Shown here one piece after another: positions 61,278 through 64,000 of a DNA stretch of 64,000 nt (its first letter is position 1; each line of letters opens with the position of its first letter). The DNA is from Candidatus Eiseniibacteriota bacterium (lineage in GTDB: Bacteria; Eisenbacteria; RBG-16-71-46). The stretch covers positions 96,001-160,000 of the forward strand of contig JBGAML010000007.1 of NCBI GenBank assembly GCA_044223005.1, given 5' to 3'. The position numbers and the translations under genes are program-made. The notes below the pieces were generated by a model. That model had not been told where the DNA came from and did no database searches. It saw only the letters and a program-made list of their open reading frames with translations.

Positions 61278-62425
61278 AGCCGCGCATGGTGATCCTGTTC
61301 GTGGACGCCCTCGGCTGGCGGCTCGCGGGCGCGCGGACCGGTTTCGCCGCGCCGCTCGTGCAGCGCCGCGAACTCGCCACGATCCTCGGCTTCAGCGCCG
61401 GCGCGCTGCCGACCGCGTTCACGGGCCGCCTGCCGCGCGAGCACGGCCGCTGGCTCATGTACCGGCGCGCGTTCGGCAACGACACGCCGTTCGCGGGCTT
61501 CGGCGTCCTCCGCGGGCTGCCCTCGCGCGTGCGCCGCAGCTGGCGGCTGGGGCAGTGGCTCACGCGCCGCGTCGCCGCGCGCGGCGTGGCCGGCTACTTC
61601 AACCTCTACGACGTGCCGCGTGACGAGCTCGCGTACTTCGACCTCGCCGAACGCGCCGACATCTTCCGGCCCGGCGGACTGCCGCTGGATTCGCTCTGGG
61701 ATTCGCTCGAACGCCGCGGCCTGCGCTGGCGGGGCTGGAACTGGCGGACGCCCGAGGCGCAGGGGCTGGACGAGCTGCTCGGCCGGCTGCGCACCGGCGA
61801 CGACGACGTGCTGTTCCTGTACACCGCCGATCTCGACGCGCTGCTGCACCGCGAGGGTTCGCGCGGCGAGGGCGTGCGCGCACGCATGGATCGCTACGAC
61901 GCCTGGATCCGCGAGGCGTTCGCGACCGCGTCCGGCGGCCGGCCGCTCTGGTTCTATCTCTGCTCCGACCACGGCATGGTCGACGTCACCGCGACCGTCG
62001 ACGTGATGGCGCGGCTCGAGGGCCTGCCGGTGCGGCGCGGACGCGACTACCTCGCGTTCTTCGATTCGACGATGGCGCGCTTCTGGTGGCTGCGTCCCGA
62101 GGCGCGTCCGACGGTGCTGGCGGCGCTGGGCGCGGAATCGCGCGGCCGCTGGCTGTCGGCGGCGGAACTCGCTCGCGAGGGCGCGGACTTCACCCGGCAC
62201 GAGTACGGCGACGACATGTTCCTGCTCGAGCCCGGGGCGCTCGCGGTGCCGTCGTGGATGGGTGAGCGCCCGGTGGCGGCCATGCACGGCTACGACCCGG
62301 CCCACCCCGACATGGCCGCGATCCTCGCGACGAACCGCGATCTGCCGGCCGGCGTGCGGCACCTCGCGGACCTGCGCGGCTTCCTCGAATCGGAGCTCGA
62401 CCAGCTCGCGAAGGGGGCGGCATGA
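61274..62425 (+). CDS. Alkaline-phosphatase superfamily / nucleotide pyrophosphatase-phosphodiesterase-like protein
   Basis: ILFVDALG, GFSAGALPT.FTG, DALLH, SDHGM, MHGY; no signal peptide. Confidence 0.82.
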   Translation: MKPRMVILFVDALGWRLAGARTGFAAPLVQRRELATILGFSAGALPTAFTGRLPREHGRWLMYRRAFGNDTPFAGFGVLRGLPSRVRRSWRLGQWLTRRVAARGVAGYFNLYDVPRDELAYFDLAERADIFRPGGLPLDSLWDSLERRGLRWRGWNWRTPEAQGLDELLGRLRTGDDDVLFLYTADLDALLHREGSRGEGVRARMDRYDAWIREAFATASGGRPLWFYLCSDHGMVDVTATVDVMARLEGLPVRRGRDYLAFFDSTMARFWWLRPEARPTVLAALGAESRGRWLSAAELAREGADFTRHEYGDDMFLLEPGALAVPSWMGERPVAAMHGYDPAHPDMAAILATNRDLPAGVRHLADLRGFLESELDQLAKGAA

Positions 62426-64000
62426 AGCCCGGCGAGGTGGCGCGGAATCTCTCGCGCGGCGCCTTCTTCCTCGGCGCCGAGAAGGCCGTCGCCAGCGCGT
62501 CGACGCTGCTCTACTCGGCCCTCATCGCGCGCTGGCTGGGTCCCACCAAGTACGGCATGTTCACGCTCGCCTTCTCGGTGGTGACGCTCGCGACCGCGTT
62601 CACGGGCAACTTCGAGACCTACCTCGAGCGCTACGCCGCGGAGTACCAGGTGCAGGGGCGCATCGGCGTCCTGCGGCGCGCCTACGCGCTCGCATTCGGC
62701 TGGAAGTTCGCGCTGGGCCTGATGGCGAGCGGGATCCTCGTCGCGATCGCGCCGTGGGTCGCGGAGCGCTACCGGATCGAGGAGCTGGGCTTCCTACTGC
62801 CGCTGCTCACCGCGTTCATCTTCACCGATGCGTTCACCACCACCGGGCGCGCGCTGCTGTTCGGCCTGCAGCGCTTCGAGTGGGTGAGCGGGCTCTCGCT
62901 GTTCTTCAACCTCGGCCGCACCGCGCTCGTGTGGGCCCTGTGGCACGAGAAGCAGGGGCTGCGCTCGCTCGCGATCGGCATGTCGGCGCTCGCGATCGGA
63001 CAGGGCCTGCTGATCGGCGGCGCGACGCTGTTCGTCCTCGCGCGCCACCGCGGCGAGGCGGACCCGGACGCGGGTCCGGCCGCGGAGGAGGGCGTCCCGC
63101 GCGGGCTCTTCCACCAGATGGTGGCGTACTGCGCGCCGCTCTACGGCGCCAACCTGTCGTTCCTGTCCGGGCAGAACCTCGGCAAGCTCGTGCTCGGCAT
63201 GCTGCTCGACCCGCAGATGCTCGGCTACTTCTCGTTCGCGTTCGGGACGATCGAGCGCTTCGTCGAAGTCGTGCACGCGCTGCCGCGGGCACTGCTGCCC
63301 TCGCTCACGCAGATCGTGGCGCTGCGCGACCGCGAACGGCTGCACTACGTCTTCGGGCAGGCGTTCCGGCTCGTGCAGGTGGTGGCGTGCCTCCTGTCGT
63401 TCGGGCTGTTCGTGTACGCGCGCGAGATCATCCTGCTGGTCGGCAGCCCTCTGTTCGAGCCGGCGGTGCCGTTGCTGCGGATCCTCGCGCTGGTGCCGCT
63501 CGTGCGGACCGCGCAGCAGCCGCTGACCATGCTTTTCCAGGCCCTGCGACGGCCCGGCGACGTGCTGCTGCTCGCGCTGGTCAAGCTCGTGGCCGAGATC
63601 GGCGGCTACTTCGCGCTGCTGCTGCCCCTGGGCGTCGCCGGCGCCTGCTGGGCCAATCTCGCGGGGGCGCTGGCCGCGTTCACGGGTGCGATGATCCTCG
63701 CGCACCGGCAGCTGCCCGAGGGCGACGACGAGCGCCTGGGCGCGATCGTGCGCGGCACCCTGCTCCTGGCGCCCGCGATGCTGCTGACGCTGGGGGCCGA
63801 CACCTGGCTCGGGCCCGAGCGGTCGCTGTTCGTCCGGTTGCCGCTGGCCATTCCCATCGTGCTCGGAATCTTCGCGCTCGGGCTCGTGAACCGGTACGAT
63901 CTGGAGAAACTCTCGTCCCTGAAGCTGCCGTCCGAGGCCGCCGGAACGGTACGCGACCGCATGGTCGCGGCCGCCGAGCGCCTCATCCGCGTGTTCGAGC
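62422..64000 (+). CDS. Wzx-type oligosaccharide flippase; runs off the window end
   Basis: Not in ORF track. Manual translation MKPGEVARNLSRGAFFLGAEK...IARWLGPTKYGMFTLAFS...LGYFSFAF; many TM helices; ATGA overlap. Confidence 0.85.
   Translation, partial: MKPGEVARNLSRGAFFLGAEKAVASASTLLYSALIARWLGPTKYGMFTLAFSVVTLATAFTGNFETYLERYAAEYQVQGRIGVLRRAYALAFGWKFALGLMASGILVAIAPWVAERYRIEELGFLLPLLTAFIFTDAFTTTGRALLFGLQRFEWVSGLSLFFNLGRTALVWALWHEKQGLRSLAIGMSALAIGQGLLIGGATLFVLARHRGEADPDAGPAAEEGVPRGLFHQMVAYCAPLYGANLSFLSGQNLGKLVLGMLLDPQMLGYFSFAFGTIERFVEVVHALPRALLPSLTQIVALRDRERLHYVFGQAFRLVQVVACLLSFGLFVYAREIILLVGSPLFEPAVPLLRILALVPLVRTAQQPLTMLFQALRRPGDVLLLALVKLVAEIGGYFALLLPLGVAGACWANLAGALAAFTGAMILAHRQLPEGDDERLGAIVRGTLLLAPAMLLTLGADTWLGPERSLFVRLPLAIPIVLGIFALGLVNRYDLEKLSSLKLPSEAAGTVRDRMVAAAERLIRVFE

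Overview
High-GC bacterial chromosomal window made up mostly of core genes: hldA/hldC, nhaD, sucCD-ndk, yceD-rpmF-plsX-fabH-fabD-fabG-acpP-fabF-rnc, an ECF sigma/anti-sigma/HtrA-like cluster, aroB-aroQ-accB-pilT-accC-comB, lptFG, a 2122-aa SprA-like outer-membrane protein coupled to a glutaminyl-cyclase-like M28 lipoprotein, rimP-nusA-infB-DUF503-rbfA-truB-ribF-rpsO-pnp-M16, and the start of a Wza/Wzc/Wzx polysaccharide locus. Gene order and the SprA-like gene suggest an FCB-group relative such as Gemmatimonadota or Ca. Eisenbacteria (inference only). I saw no tRNA, rRNA, CRISPR array or transposase. The best unannotated signal is a complete sigma54 unit right after an orphan NtrC-family regulator: three GCGACA-N3-TGTCGC-type enhancer palindromes, a -24/-12 promoter, about 185 nt of highly structured non-coding sequence and an intrinsic terminator, pointing at an unusual RNase III with long disordered tails. 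Other leads are a 447-bp element bounded by 22-bp inverted repeats between nhaD and sucC, a candidate cation riboswitch, several apparent pseudo-enzymes (Cys-less redoxin, HtrA lacking His/Asp, BY-kinase lacking the Walker A Lys), and a nucleotidyltransferase plus phosphodiesterase pair inside the polysaccharide locus. All calls come from reading the sequence by eye; no searches were run.
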